Shown here in pieces: positions 1-12,999 of a stretch of 64,000 nt of DNA. Within the stretch, counting starts at the first letter, position 1; the number at the start of each line of letters is the position of its first letter. The position numbers were made by a program, and so were the translations under genes. Origin of the DNA: Narcine bancroftii (taxonomy: Eukaryota); NCBI RefSeq assembly GCF_036971445.1, contig NC_091470.1, positions 291,710,001 through 291,774,000 of the forward strand, given 5' to 3'. The notes below the pieces were generated by a model. That model saw only the letters and a list, made by a program, of their open reading frames with translations, did no database searches and was not told where the DNA came from.

Positions 1-242
1 CTTGTACCTTTTCTTTGGTGCACCTCTGTCATGGTGGCCAGTGGAGAGCTCGCCATATAATACGATCTTGGGAAGGCGATGGTCCTCCATTCTGGAGACG
101 TGACCCATCCAGCGCAGCTGGATCTTCAGCAGCGTGGACTCGATGCTGTCGACCTCTGCCATCTCGAGTACTTTGACGTTAGGGGTGTAAGCGCTCCAAT
201 GGATGTTGAGGATGGAGCGGAGACAACGCTGGTGGAAGCGTT
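1..242 (-). mobile_element. RTE-clade LINE fragment (3' part of ORF), truncated by window edge
   Basis: Near-identical reverse complement of 12373-12613 (…cagcgttgtctccgctccatcctcaacatcca…ggtgcaccaaagaaaaggtacaag). Confidence 0.85.
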
Positions 243-2049
243 AATATAAACTTTAAATATCACATATATCACAGTTTTATGACTAAAATTGTACTTAAAT
301 GGGCTCCCAGCCTGCCTGCCACCAGCTGCTTAAGTGCATCATTCACTCCATCCGAGCTGCGCAGTATGATGAACATCCCATTTTATTGAAATATTACCTT
401 GATAGCTTCAAGCTCACTAGCTCAATTTCTAGTCATATCTTAGCCAATCCTGCATGTGGGGCACATCTAGAGTAACTTGACAAGCAGTGGTCTTTGGATC
501 TATTAATTTGGCCATACCAATTGACTCTATCCCTTTAGAGTCATCTGACCTAAAATTTCCCATGTTGCTGTAACCTTTCAAAAACTGGTCTACCTTGAAT
601 GTGGACAGTTTATGGCTCAATTTACAACTTTGAAAGTGAAGAAATTTATTTTGCTCTTTATTTTGTTTATTGCATTTAACCAAAGAAATTGGTGCACAGT
701 TACAGTCATGTTGCATAACTATTTCACGGAAAGGTATTGAAAATATTTCTTTGAATGCAGAAAATTATGCAAAGGGAAGTGTGGCTTTGGAGACCAGGAA
801 CAGGTTAGGGATGGGAAACAAGAATGAATAAAAGGCAGGCAATGATTAAAGACTTGATTGGGGCCTAGGCTACTGAATTTGATTCAGCTATTGGAGGATC
901 AAGGTAGATGGTGGAAGGTGAATAGGATGGAGAGTGCAAGAGGAAGAGGGTCAAGGCAAGTTTGATTGTGGAATTGTGTTCAGAGGACTAGAGCTAATAG
1001 GTGATTGAGATGAGTGGGGGTGGGGGGGGGGGTGGTTAAGGGGATTGTCAAATTAGTGTGATCGGTGGAATGCAAGGATAGAAGATCAGTAGTCAGAATT
1101 ACCTTAGTGGGGACCCAGGTAATGGCAGCAAGAGTTCAATAAAACTATGACCAGCAATAGTCATCTCAAATCAATATGGTCTTACTTCTCTTGCAATATT
1201 CCAAAGGGAATGGAGCATTCTGCACGTAATGCAGTCTGTGCAGAATGACACACCACTAGAAATGCCTGGTCAAATTTAAGCAATAATGTTACTTTATCTG
1301 GAAACAGTTATTTTATGAGGCCATGAAAGGTGTAATTTTAATTAGATCATGCTGAAATGAACAACTGAATACAATAGAATTTGTGACTCTTAACCTTTTA
1401 TCTGCAGCCTCCAGTTTTTGATTTGTTGAATTCCGGACACATTACCTTTTCATGTACTTTTAAGGCATCATCAAGGGGAACCTGTGGTGCACCCTCATTC
1501 AGGCTCAAAACATTTTTACTAGTGCCGAGAATACTGCATCCAGCGCTATAACTAAGTTTTTGAGGTTTAACATGAGTTTTTATATTCATACCTTCAGAGA
1601 TGAAACTTAATACTTCCATCAGCTATTTTAATTTCTATCAATCCATAGGATTGCTATTAGTGAAAATGACAAATACATAACAAACACAGTGAAGTAGTGA
1701 ACTGCTTCTCCAGCAACAATTCCGTGTTTTCCTTGTATTTCAGATTTCTAATATGTGCAGTTTGTGGCTTTCTGTGTTCTCTTCTAATAACAAAGAACAG
1801 AAACTTGCAATTGTATAATGCCTTTAAGATGGGATAATGCTTCAAGACATCTCACAAAAGTATAAGTAGACATGAATGGCAATAGAATGATGTGACACCT
1901 ATCTAAAAGATTCCAGTAAAGTATGATTAAAAAGAGAGGTGGAAGGTCAGAATGGTTTGGTCGGGTGGGTGTGGAATTAGAGTTGAATACATTCCACTAG
2001 TAGTTAGGTTGAGTAGTTTAGGGATGGGTTAAAGTCTAGAACTGCAGAA

Positions 2050-2940
2050 AACCAGGCAGGGCCAACAATAAGTGCCAGGTGCATGCAGAGTATTGGAGAA
2101 CAGAGAGGCCTAGGGGTACAGATGCTTGAAAATGGCAACACAAGTAGACAGGGTGGTGAAGAAGGTGTGTGACACACTTCCCTTTATCTCATCTTCAATG
2201 CTTTGTTTCTCAAGTTATCTACATTCCTGTCTGCAAACTTTTGTACTTCATATGCCAGGACCTTTGATGCTTATAAGTAATCTGTAGTCTCTCACCATTT
2301 AAACAATATTCTACTTTTCTCTCCTTCCTACCAAAGTGAATTGCCTCAGATTTATCACAATATATTCCAGCTGCTAATTTTCTGCACACTCGTTTAACTC
2401 CTTGCAGGTTCTAGGTCATCCTCAGTACTCTTGTTCCCACTTGTATTTGTATTGTTAACAAATCTGATTACCATACACTCAGCCTCTTCATCCAGGTGTT
2501 AATATTGAATATGAGTAATTGAGGCCCTAGCACTGATTCCTGTTGCATCCCAAAGATCACTGTTTGCCAATCTGAAAGTGACCTGTTTTACTAACACTGT
2601 TTTCAAATAAATCTGTTGAACACTATTTCTCTTTCACAAAACCATGTTGGCTCTGCTCAATTGTAATTTGATTTTCAAAATGTGTTCCTAATACTTCTTT
2701 ATCAATGAATTTCAACATTTTCCCCAGGTTATTGCTTTCTTCTTCCCTTTCCTTGAATAGGGTTGTTATTTAAGGGAGAGAGAGATTGATAGATTCTTGA
2801 CTAGCCAGCACATCAAATGTTATGAAGAGAAAGCCAGGCAGTGGGGCTGAGTGTGAAAATGGATTGAGTCATGATTAAATGGTGGGACTGACTAAATGGG
2901 CTGAATAACCCATTTCTGCTCCTATATCTTATGGTCTTAT
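2050..2940. mobile_element. Mosaic of degraded CR1-type LINE fragments in both orientations
   Basis: CR1-like phrases (gaacagagaggcctaggggtacag…gtagacagggtggtgaagaagg; 3' tail gagattgatagattcttg…ctgctcctatatcttatggtcttat) shared with other CR1 copies in the window. Boundaries approximate. Confidence 0.6.
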
Positions 2941-4919
2941 ATTTGCATTTTCACAGTCTCCTGGTGCCTTTCCTAATGAAGCAGACTTGGGAAGGCCACA
3001 ACCTAGTACCTCTGCTTCCACTTCCTTTAACTTCCTAGGATGTGTGAGGGATGTTAGCCTTTAATCTCATTAATATGTTAACTTATCTCTGTTTATAACA
3101 ACATTAATTTTTCACCCTTGGTTCTGCTCTTGGATTTTTCATAATTATTTGGATATTTTAGTGTCTTTTTACACAAAGAGAGAAACTAAATATTTGTTCA
3201 AAGAATCAATTCTATTTTCTTATTTCCCTTTATTAATTCTCAAGTCTCATCCTTTCAAGAACTAATTTAGCCATTTTTACACTGAAAAGCCACATTATTG
3301 CCATATATATGGCCCATCTCTGGAAGCCCGCTTGCTTATTCACATAAAACAGAGGAAAACCTGAAGCAAAAGAGGCAAGAAATGTAGCACAGCAGTGTCG
3401 GTGCTTAGTGTGTTGTGTTGAGAAAAGCATCAGATGCCATTGCTTCAAGGATTTGCAATCACATGTAGCTTTTATTAATTGTGTACTGTTTAACATTTTC
3501 CCATGCTCTTCTATAAATTGTGCGCATGTGTGTTTTATTCTCGTAATGTTTTCTATGCTCTTCTACAAATTGTTGTGTGATAATAAAAACTACATGTGAT
3601 TGGAAACCCTTGTGACCTTGTGCTGACATTCGTACACAATGCTTTACTCACTATGCAATGAACCTTTGCTGGACCTAAGATTATGATGTCACCTTCCCTT
3701 CCAGTTTCGACCCAGCAACACAGGTCGCCTCTTTTAGACTGGCCCTGCATCAATATGCTCCTCTGACATTACCTACCTTGGTGGATTAAAGCCAGCTAAG
3801 TTCAGACCCCCAATCCGCCTTTGATGTGTTCACACAGCTACGTGAAACATTCGAAAGGTGGATAATACCTGGCTTTAATTATCTGTGTAAAAGGGGTATA
3901 TGCTTACCTTAGCTCCTCACTTCATTTTAAAATATTTTATGTTTCTCTCTACTACATTGTGCCCAGAATAGATTTCTACCTGATGACTGAAGATGATTGA
4001 CTATTAAGGTTTAAGGTTTCTAACACTTGTTACATAATATTTGTCAGTCAAAGACAGGTTGGCTTTCTTTGTTGTGGCATTTTTTTTAAATGGGGTAATA
4101 AACCTACCAGGGTTGAATTCATGTATTTTTTTCTTTATACAAAATTCATTGAGTTATTAAATTTTTATGAGAAGAATAATCAGTAATATTGGCTCAAATT
4201 CTTACTCGAGTATTTTTTGTATTAAACTCATTGAACTATTTATTTTTACAAAAAGAATATTGAGAATTATACATTCATTTTTCTCTTATTTCAAATTTGA
4301 ACTTGCATCATACTTTTTAAAATTGCATGGGAAATGTTAAAAATCCTTTTCTTGGTTGTAGTCATAATAGAATTAAGTATCATTTGGAAGAGCTGATTAT
4401 ATTTACATTAACAGGAATGGAGCTAGAGATAACATGTCCAGCAGTACGATTTATTTGGGTGTAAAATGGATTGTTTTGAAGAGCTTGCTGTTGACATCTT
4501 TAGCAGCTATCTGGCTTTGGGGTAGAAGTGGGGTGGGAAGGAGGGTTTGTTTTCTCAAGGTTATAACTTTAGGAATCTGTACAGATTCTGACCTTGTTAG
4601 GGTTATTTACAATTTATCACCAGCTTCATATTTTTGCCTAAAGGCTGACACCTGGTACCTGGATATTATTTGTGCTAATTAACTTACAATTTTTATGAAA
4701 ATGTATGGATAATTCTATTAATTTCCTTAGTTGGAACATGAAAGGTTTGAATCGTCCTGTTAAGACAAGTGTTTTCACATATTAAACAATTTAAAGCTAC
4801 AATTTTTTTTAACAAGAAAAGCATATTCACAGTTGTGATAATTCCCACCTCATTACAAGGTGGAGGGGGCAGAATTTTCATTCCTCCTTTCTGGCTAAAA
4901 CCGGGCTGAGGGGGCATCT

Positions 4920-7900
4920 TGATTCTTATTATTCAGAATATTCCTTTTGTTCATCACATCAGATATTATGCCATTGCTTCAAGGAAATTGTATAATAAAA
5001 TGGTAGTTTTTGATAATATTTATGCCCCTAATGTAGATGATGTGGTGGTGATGGGGGGGGGGGGTTTAATGGTTTTTTTCTTCCTTACCAGACTTGAATT
5101 TATTCTCTCTGTTACTTGGTGAGGATTTTAATTTTTGGTTAAACCCTGTCTTGGATTGCTTGTCTCTTAACTCTACTACAATGAGTAAATCTACCTCATT
5201 AATTAATTCTTTTTAATCAAATTATAGTATATCTGATGTTTGGTGTTTTTTATTCAAACAGGAAAGAGTATTCTTTTCACATGTTCATCAAACTTAGTCA
5301 TGAATTGATTATTTTCTTATTTATAATCAACTGATCCCACTTACTCGTTTTTGTAATTATCAGAGTATAGTAACATCAGATCATGCCCCTATTGTATTAT
5401 CTAAGTCTCTTCTTAACCTCCCTCAAATAAAATGGGATTTGCATTTCCATTTGAGTTTACTGTCAGATAATGACATTGTGAAACTTATGGAGGAGCAGAT
5501 AACTTTATCTTTGATACAAATACTTCATCAGAAACATAGTTCGATTGTTTTGGATGCATTGAAAGCTTTTGTGAGGGGGGAAATTATTTCTAATACTGTG
5601 AATATAAAAAGGAAAGCCAATAAAGAAAGATTAGAATTAGTCAATCAAATTAAACAAATAGATCAACAATACACTCAAATAAAAAATCTTGAGTTATATA
5701 AAAAGCGAGTTTAACTTCAAACTAAATTTGATCTCCTTTCAACGTATTCTACTGAGTGCCAATTGCTGAAGAGTAAGAGTCAGTTTTATATTCATGGTGA
5801 TAAATCTGGTAAGTTTTAACTAATCAGTTGAGAGGTTTTGAAGACGTGGCAAAATACAAATATTCAAAAGGAGGATGGTAACATTATTACAAATCATTCT
5901 GGGATAAATGATAAATTCAGGAAATTTTATTCGTGACTTTATACTTATGAATTCACAAATAATAACAGTTTGATGAAAAGTTTCCTGGATCACTTAAATA
6001 TTCCCACACTTTCTTGGGATGACCAAAAAAGACTAGATGAGCCTATACTGCAAGAGGAAATAGCTGCTGCTATTTCTTCATTACATTCTGGAAGAGCTCC
6101 AGGACCTGATGTGTTTCCTGTGGAGTTTTTCAAATAATTTTCTCAATTGCGTTATCTGATTTGTTTAGGCACGGAAATCTCCCAGCAATATTTAACAAAG
6201 CATGTATATCTCTCAAAGTAAAGAAAGGTAAAGATCCAACTAATTGCTCCTCCTACAGGCCAATTTCTTATTAAATATTGATGTAAAAATTTTGGCTGAA
6301 GTTTTGGCCTGTAGATTGGAAAATATTTTACCATCTATCATTTCTGAACATCAGATTGGTTTTATTAAAAACTATTACTCTTATTTTAATATACATTGTT
6401 TATAGGATATTTTGTATTTCAGTGCGGCTCCTGAATATGTTCTTTCCCTTAATGCAGAGAAAATGTTTGATCAAGTTGAATTGATGTATTTATTTATGAT
6501 CTTAGAAAAATTCATTTTGGACCATATTTTATTACATGGATTAAATTATTGTATTCATGTCCTATTCAATTCTTACTAATTTCAACAGTCACAACCTTTA
6601 AATTCCAACGGGGAACTGATCAAGGGTGTCCTCTAAGTCCATTACTCTTTGATTTAGATATAGAGCTATTAGCAATAGCATTTCAAGAGTGTGGGGATAT
6701 TTTGGGGATTTGTAAGGAAGGAATTGCTTTTCTTATAAAGTATTGATATTATAAAGTATTGATACTTCTTTACCATCCATGCTGTTGTGACAGATTATAG
6801 ATATGATTTTGGGAGATAAATTGGGACAGGTTTTTTAGTGTAGGTCACATAAAAACACTTTAAAACAGATCTTATTTAAAATACTGGAGCTCTGCTCATG
6901 CTTGATATGTCAGTTCAAAAAGCCTATGCAAAAGCTTTGGAGAGTGCCCAAGAGACTTTTGTAATGGATTGTTGTTTACAAAAAGGCAACAGAAGAAAGA
7001 ACTTGTTGGAGACTCAGGCTGTCTGGAGTGGAACTTGCTGTTCTAAGATGGTCATGTGGTTTTGTAAGTAGAGAGAGAAAAACAGGCTTTTTCTCAGAGA
7101 GAGAGTGAATTCAATTCTGCAGTGCTCCAGTCAGCAGCAGTAGCTGGGAGTATAACAGGACAAGCTGGAAAGCTTGTGGAAAAACCCCATTTGGAAGATG
7201 GGTTACGAGTGCTTAGTTCAACCTGGTCAAATCGCTTGTGGTTCATACAAGAGGAGAGGACTGGCTGCCTAATGTTTCACTTGAGAGACCTGAAAGACAG
7301 AGGTTATCATCTGGAAAACCCTTATGGGGCAAGTTTCTTCAGCAAGACACTGAAGAGACTGGTTACAAGGAATCAGTTGTGGGTGTCCAGCAAACAACAA
7401 ATCCTTCTCTCTGAAATCCCACAAGAACCTTCCTGAGTGGTAACCATTTACCTTTCAAGCACCAAAGCCTGGTGAACTTCATAAATGTTAAATTCTGAAT
7501 GAGAAGCGAGATTGGACTGTGAATCAAAGAAACTTTCTGAACTTGTATACATATTACATATACTTGCACTTAGAATTAGAAGGGGGTTGTTAGGTTAAGT
7601 AAGTTAATAATAATAAGTTAAAGTTTGATCCTGTTTTCATGTTTAAAGATAATCAAACACATCTTTTGTTTAAGTAACCATTTGTCTTGGTGAATATCTA
7701 TTGCTGCTGGGTTTATGGGTCCTCTGGGCTCTTAACTCTGTCAATACTTCCTCAATTTAGTCAGTTTTCGGGATAATTATGAAATCTGCATAAAAGTGAA
7801 CTTTTCCCTTTGAATGCACCTACATCAGTGTACAGTAATCTCCTTTTAAGATTTTTATATCTTTTTCAATCTATACCAAATTTTATTCCCAAATTGTTTT

Positions 7901-9331
7901 TTTGAATCACTTGATTTGATTATATTGTCTTATAAATGGAAGGGTAAGCGCCCTTGTCTAAACAAAGTTCATCTTCAAAAATCTAAAAGGAACAGAGGCA
8001 TGGTGCTACCTAAATTCAGATTTTATTATTGGGCGGTCAATATATGCAACCTTATGTTTTGGTTACATTTTCATAACCGAGTGGACCTTCCAGTATGGCT
8101 AGCAATGGAGCTGAATTCCGCTAAAAATTTTTCCATTTCAGCACTTCTTGGGTCCTCATTTCCCTTGTCTTTAAATAAATCAGTTGATAATCCTGTTGTT
8201 AGGCACACTTTAAGTATGGGTGCAGTTGAGAAAATACTTTGGACTTTATAGTTTGTTTTCATTAATGCCATAGATTGGATATTGAACGTTTCAAAGATTG
8301 TTTTATTGATAACAGCTTTCTGAAAAGTTCAGTTTACTAAATACTCATTTTTTTCAGATATCTGCAAATCAGGCATTTTCTTTAATCTCAGACAACTGAT
8401 GCAAAAATTTTTGTTTTTTTTTAGTTTACGACATTCTCACAAAGGTTTAATATCCATTATTTATGACAAGTTGGTGGGTTTGAGCCATGTCCCTCTAGTT
8501 AAAATTAAAAATGCCTGGGAACAGGATTTAAACTTTTCATTATTGGACAAGGTTTGGGATTTAATTTTTAAGACGGTTAATACTACATCCTTATATGCCC
8601 ATCATTGTTACAATTTAAAGTTGTACATAGGGCCCATATGTCGAAAGTCAAATTATCTCGATCTATTCAGATGTAAACCCTTGTTATGATAAATGCAAGA
8701 GAGGAGAGGCTTCTTTAATTTGTATGTTCTGGATGTGTCCAAGTCTTGAAAAATATTGGAGGGATGTGTTTTAAATCTTTAATACTTAATGTAAATCTAG
8801 AGCCTAATTCTTTGGTTGCTCTTTTTGGTACAACTGGAGAGGATGTTCTTTTAACTCCAATCTCTGTCTTTTGCCTCTCTTTTGGCCTGACATGAAAGGA
8901 TGCTGCCCCCCCCCCCCTCCATGCTCAGTGGCTGAGGGAATATTATGTCCTGTTTAAATTTAGAAAAGATCTGTTACTCAATTAATTACTTAAATATAAG
9001 GTTTCAAATGCTGTGGGGACCATTCCTGAATTATTTCCATAACCTCTAGGCATAATATTCATACCAAATTTCAGTACTTTGCCATTTTATTTCAGGAACT
9101 AAGTACATTTTTTCTTTAGTCGTATGTTGGTTTGGAGATGGGGTTTAGAGTGATGCTTATACATGATAAAATCTTATTTTTGATGTATTTTTGCATTATG
9201 GATGTGCTATATGTGCTTTTGTATTTTGTTGAGTTATGTAATTTGTCATTATTATTGTGCATTTCATAAATGTTTTGAATGTGTATGTTTATTTGTGTAA
9301 AATCAATAAAAATTATTAAAAGAGAAAAAAA
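4920..9331 (+). mobile_element. Old, 5'-truncated L1/Tx1-clade LINE ORF2 (endonuclease, RT, C-terminal region, 3'UTR, A-tail); pseudogenised
   Basis: Remnant motifs NIYAPN, SDH, DALKAFVRGEIIS, RAPGPD, YRPIS, QGCPLSPLLF, GMVLPKFRFYYWA across many frameshifts; ends aataaa…aaaagagaaaaaa at ~9305-9331. Confidence 0.85.
6786..7737 (+). mobile_element. Solo LTR (~950 bp) inserted in the L1 RT region
   Basis: Begins TGTGAC, ends CTTAACT (degenerate …AACA); 4-bp TSD CTGT at 6782-6785 and 7738-7741; L1 sequence joins up when it is removed. Strand tentative. Confidence 0.7.
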
Positions 9332-9339
9332 TCTATTAT

Positions 9340-10370
9340 TGCAATATATTTAATTGAAACCCATAAAACTTCTTAACAACTTCATGGGGTCTGTTAGTAA
9401 GGAAATCCAGAATCCAATTACAAAAGTATGAGTTGATACCATACGAACAAAGTTTGGTTATCAGCTTTGATGGTGCAAGTGTTGAAAGCCGAACTATATA
9501 AATAGTAATCTTACACAAGAATTCAGTCTATCCAGGTGAGTCATAGTAGAGTGTAGTGCTGTTGAAATAGCATCCTCTGTTGACCTATTAGCATGGTAGG
9601 TGAATTGATGCTGATCCAGTCACAGGCAAACAAGATTTCAGATGAGATAAAACCAACCTCTCAAAACATTTCGCAATGATGGAAGTAAATGTAACAGGAC
9701 AGTAGTCATTCAGACTCATGCTGGTAGAGTGCTTTGGAACAGACATGATTATAGCAGTCTTAAAACTTGTTGCAATAGCCTAAGCCAAGGACAAATTAAA
9801 AATATCTGAAAAAACCTCCGCCAACTGATCTGCGCAAGCTCTAAGCACTCAACCAGGAATACCATCCAGTCCAGCTGCCTTCTGCACATTCACCCTACTA
9901 AGAATGGCCCATACATCCGTAATAGAAAACAAGAGAGGTACTTCATTCAGACGATTCACCTTGAAAGGGACATCCTTATTTTCTCAATTGAAAAGAGCAT
10001 AAAAATAATTAAGCTCTTTGAGAAAGTTAAGGGGTCACAGCTAGAAACAGGTGCTATACCAAATGATTTATCATCTGTGATAACCTGTATACCCTGCCAC
10101 ATGCGCTGTGAGGCCGAGGATTCAAAGTGCTTCTCAATCTTCTGTTTGTATAAATGTTTAGCCCGAGAGATTTCCCTCTTTAAGTTGGACCTGGCCAAAC
10201 AATATATCTCTTGGCCTCCAGATCTAAAGGGTCTCTGTCTCTAATCAAACTATGAACCTCACTGTTCGTTCGCAAATATTTTACTTTTTTTCTGTGATGT
10301 AACTCCATCCACACACCTATTTATATACTCAATAAAAAAATTGGTATATACATCAATATCAATCTGAGAA
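9340..10370 (-). mobile_element. Rex1/Babar-like LINE RT fragment
   Basis: ORF remnants ARSNLKREISRAKHLYKQKIEKHF…RMWQGIQ, KAAGLDGIPG, PSKLITKL…CNWILDFLTNRP typical of this clade. Confidence 0.7.
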
Positions 10371-10379
10371 TCTACTGTG

Positions 10380-11200
10380 GCATGTTCAGGTGACCAGAAC
10401 TGAACACAATATTCAAAGAGTAGTCCAACCAGAGTTTTATAAACCTATAACATTACCTCATGGCTTTTGAACTCAACCCTCCAAATAATGAAGCCCAACA
10501 TGACACAGGCCTTCTTAACTACCCTATCAACCTTGAGAGATCTATGGTCCCTTTGTTCTCTCACACTGTTAATAATCCTGCCATTAAAAATGTATTCCAA
10601 CTTCAAATTTAACCTCCCAAAATGCATCACTTCATCCAGATTGAATTCCATCTGCCATTTTTTGCCCAATTCTGCATCCTGTCTATATCCTGTTGTAACC
10701 TCTGACAACCTTCTACATTATCCTCAACACTTTCTACCTTCGAGTCATCTACAAATTTACTGACCCACCCTTCCACTTTTTCATCCAGGTCATTTATAAA
10801 AAACACAAAGAGCTGACACCCAGGCAGAATACATTCCATCTACCCTCTGCTTTCTGCAGGCAAGCCAATTCTGAATCTACAGTTAAGGTTTCATGCATCT
10901 CATGTCTCATAATTTTTTGAATGAAACTACCACGGGGGATCTTGTCAAATGCCTTACTAAAATCCATATACACCACATATACCATATCATCTTTTGTCAC
11001 TTCCTCAAAAAAAATAATTAGGCTCGTGAGGCACGACCTGCCCTTCCAGAAAGACATACCGACTATCCCTGGGAAGACTCTGCTTCTCTAAATGCTTGTA
11101 AATCCTGTCCATAAGAATCCTCTCCAATAGTTTGTTCAATACTGACATAAAACTCACTGGTTTATAATTCCAAAGATTCTCCCTATTCCCTTTTTTAAAC
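10380..11200 (-). mobile_element. CR1 LINE RT fragment
   Basis: GRSCLTSLI, VVYMDFSKAFDKIP, FINDLD…SKFVDDSK, KWQMEFN motifs. Confidence 0.9.
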
Positions 11201-12205
11201 TACAGGTATGTCAGGGCTACTTACTGCTCCAGTAAAAATGTGCAGATGGCTGCCTGTCATTTTCACATACCTACTGACTTCTTTCATATGGGGAATGTTT
11301 CCTTTTGGTGATTGATAAGTGATTTAAAATTCAGCTGCATGGATCATGCAGCTCTACAAAATGGATGATTAGAGGCACTGACTCAGCACATTTCCTACCT
11401 GAAGAACTGGATACTGATACTGATAACAATTCCAATAGGAAGAACGTTGCATTCCTGTGTAGCAATGCAATTCAGTAAAGCTTGACATTCCTAAAAAATC
11501 AATTGTATAATGAGGAGTCTAAAGTGTTTGTTTTCATAGTGAAGATAATAATTAGGTGGCAGTTATTACAGTTCAAAAGTCCAAGTAATCAATAAATCAT
11601 TGCTCTTGCTATGAGTTTGACCATCTGATTCTTCACCACAAGGCAGTCTCAGCTGAGATGATGGATTGTTGTTTGGGAGCACAATGAAATGGTGCAGCCT
11701 GAGAAAAACTAAAGATAGGAGCAGAAATAGGCTATTCAGCCCATCAAGTCTATCCCTTCATTTAATCATGACCCAATCCATTTCGCACTCAGCCCCATTG
11801 CCTGGCCTTCTCCCCATATCTGATACCCTGACTAATCAAGAGTATATCAATCTCTGCCTTAAAAATGTCTTACAAGCCGCAAGGTCAGGAGAGATGGTTT
11901 CAAGTGGGAGACACATTTTGTCAGGATATGCAGATTCTGGAAGCGAGAAACTATGTGGTATAGCTGGACAACAAATATCAACACAAGCTGAGGTAATCTC
12001 AGAGTCCAAGAAGACTAGTTAGTTAATTTAATTTGTATTAAATTGAATGTGATTGATTATTCATATGTAAAATCCTAATATATAATTTCTGTAAATTGTT
12101 AACATCATTTATTTTAATGGATTGAGCAACTTTAAAAAAAAAAGTGTTGTGCAACTTGGATCTGAGTTAGACCTTGACCTATTTGGACTTTGCCTATTCT
12201 GCATG

Positions 12206-12927
12206 ACTCGCCAAGGCAAATAGCGCCTTTGGAAGACTACACAAAAGAGTCTGGAAAAACAACCAACTGAAAAACCTCACAAAGATAAGCGTATACAAAG
12301 CCGTTGTCATACCCACACTCCTGTTCGGCTACGAATCATGGGTCCTCTACCGGCATCACCTACGGCTCCTAGAACGCTTCCACCAGCGTTGTCTCCGCTC
12401 CATCCTCAACATCCACTGGAGCGCTTTCATCCCTAACGTCGAAGTACTCGAGATGGCAGAGGTCGACAGCATCGAGTCCACGCTGCTGAAGATCCAGCTG
12501 CGCTGGGTGGGTCACGTCTCCAGAATGGAGGACCATCGCCTTCCCAAGATCGTGTTATATGGCGAGCTCTCCACTGGCTACCGTGACAGAGGTGCACCAA
12601 AGAAAAGGTACAAGGACTGCCTAAAGAAATCTCTTGGTGCCTGCCACATTGACCCCCGCCAGTGGGCTGATATTGCCTCAAACCGTGCATCTTGGCGCCT
12701 CACAGTTTGGCAGGCAGCAACCTCCTTTGAAGAAGACCGCAGAGCCCACTCACTGACAAAAGACAAAGGAGGAAAAACCCAACACCCAACCCCAACCCAC
12801 CAATTTTCCCCTGCAACCGTGTCTGCCTGTCCCGCATCGGACTTGTCAGTCACCAACGAGCCTGCAGCTGACGTGGACTTTTACCCCCTCCATAAATCTT
12901 CATCCGCGAAGCCAAGCCAAAGAAAGA
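12206..12927 (+). mobile_element. 5'-truncated RTE-clade LINE with TSD
   Basis: Encodes RTE C-terminus (QLRWVGHVSRMEDHRLPKIVLYGEL…RGAPKKRYKD); tail …gaagccaagccaaagaaaga; perfect 10-bp TSD ATTCTGCATG at 12196-12205 and 12928-12937. Confidence 0.9.
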
Positions 12928-12999
12928 ATTCTGCATGCAACAGCATTGGTTTCATTTGAATGCTCTGATTTTGTACCACATCCCCAAAATGGGTGGGTT

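Noticed and set aside
243-4900. SGK3 coding exons on the minus strand
   Set aside because: No PX- or kinase-domain peptide recognised in the ORFs or by eye.
6733-6764. 16-bp tandem duplication ttataaagtattgata x2
   Set aside because: Local slippage or deletion scar in a dead L1; no sign of function.
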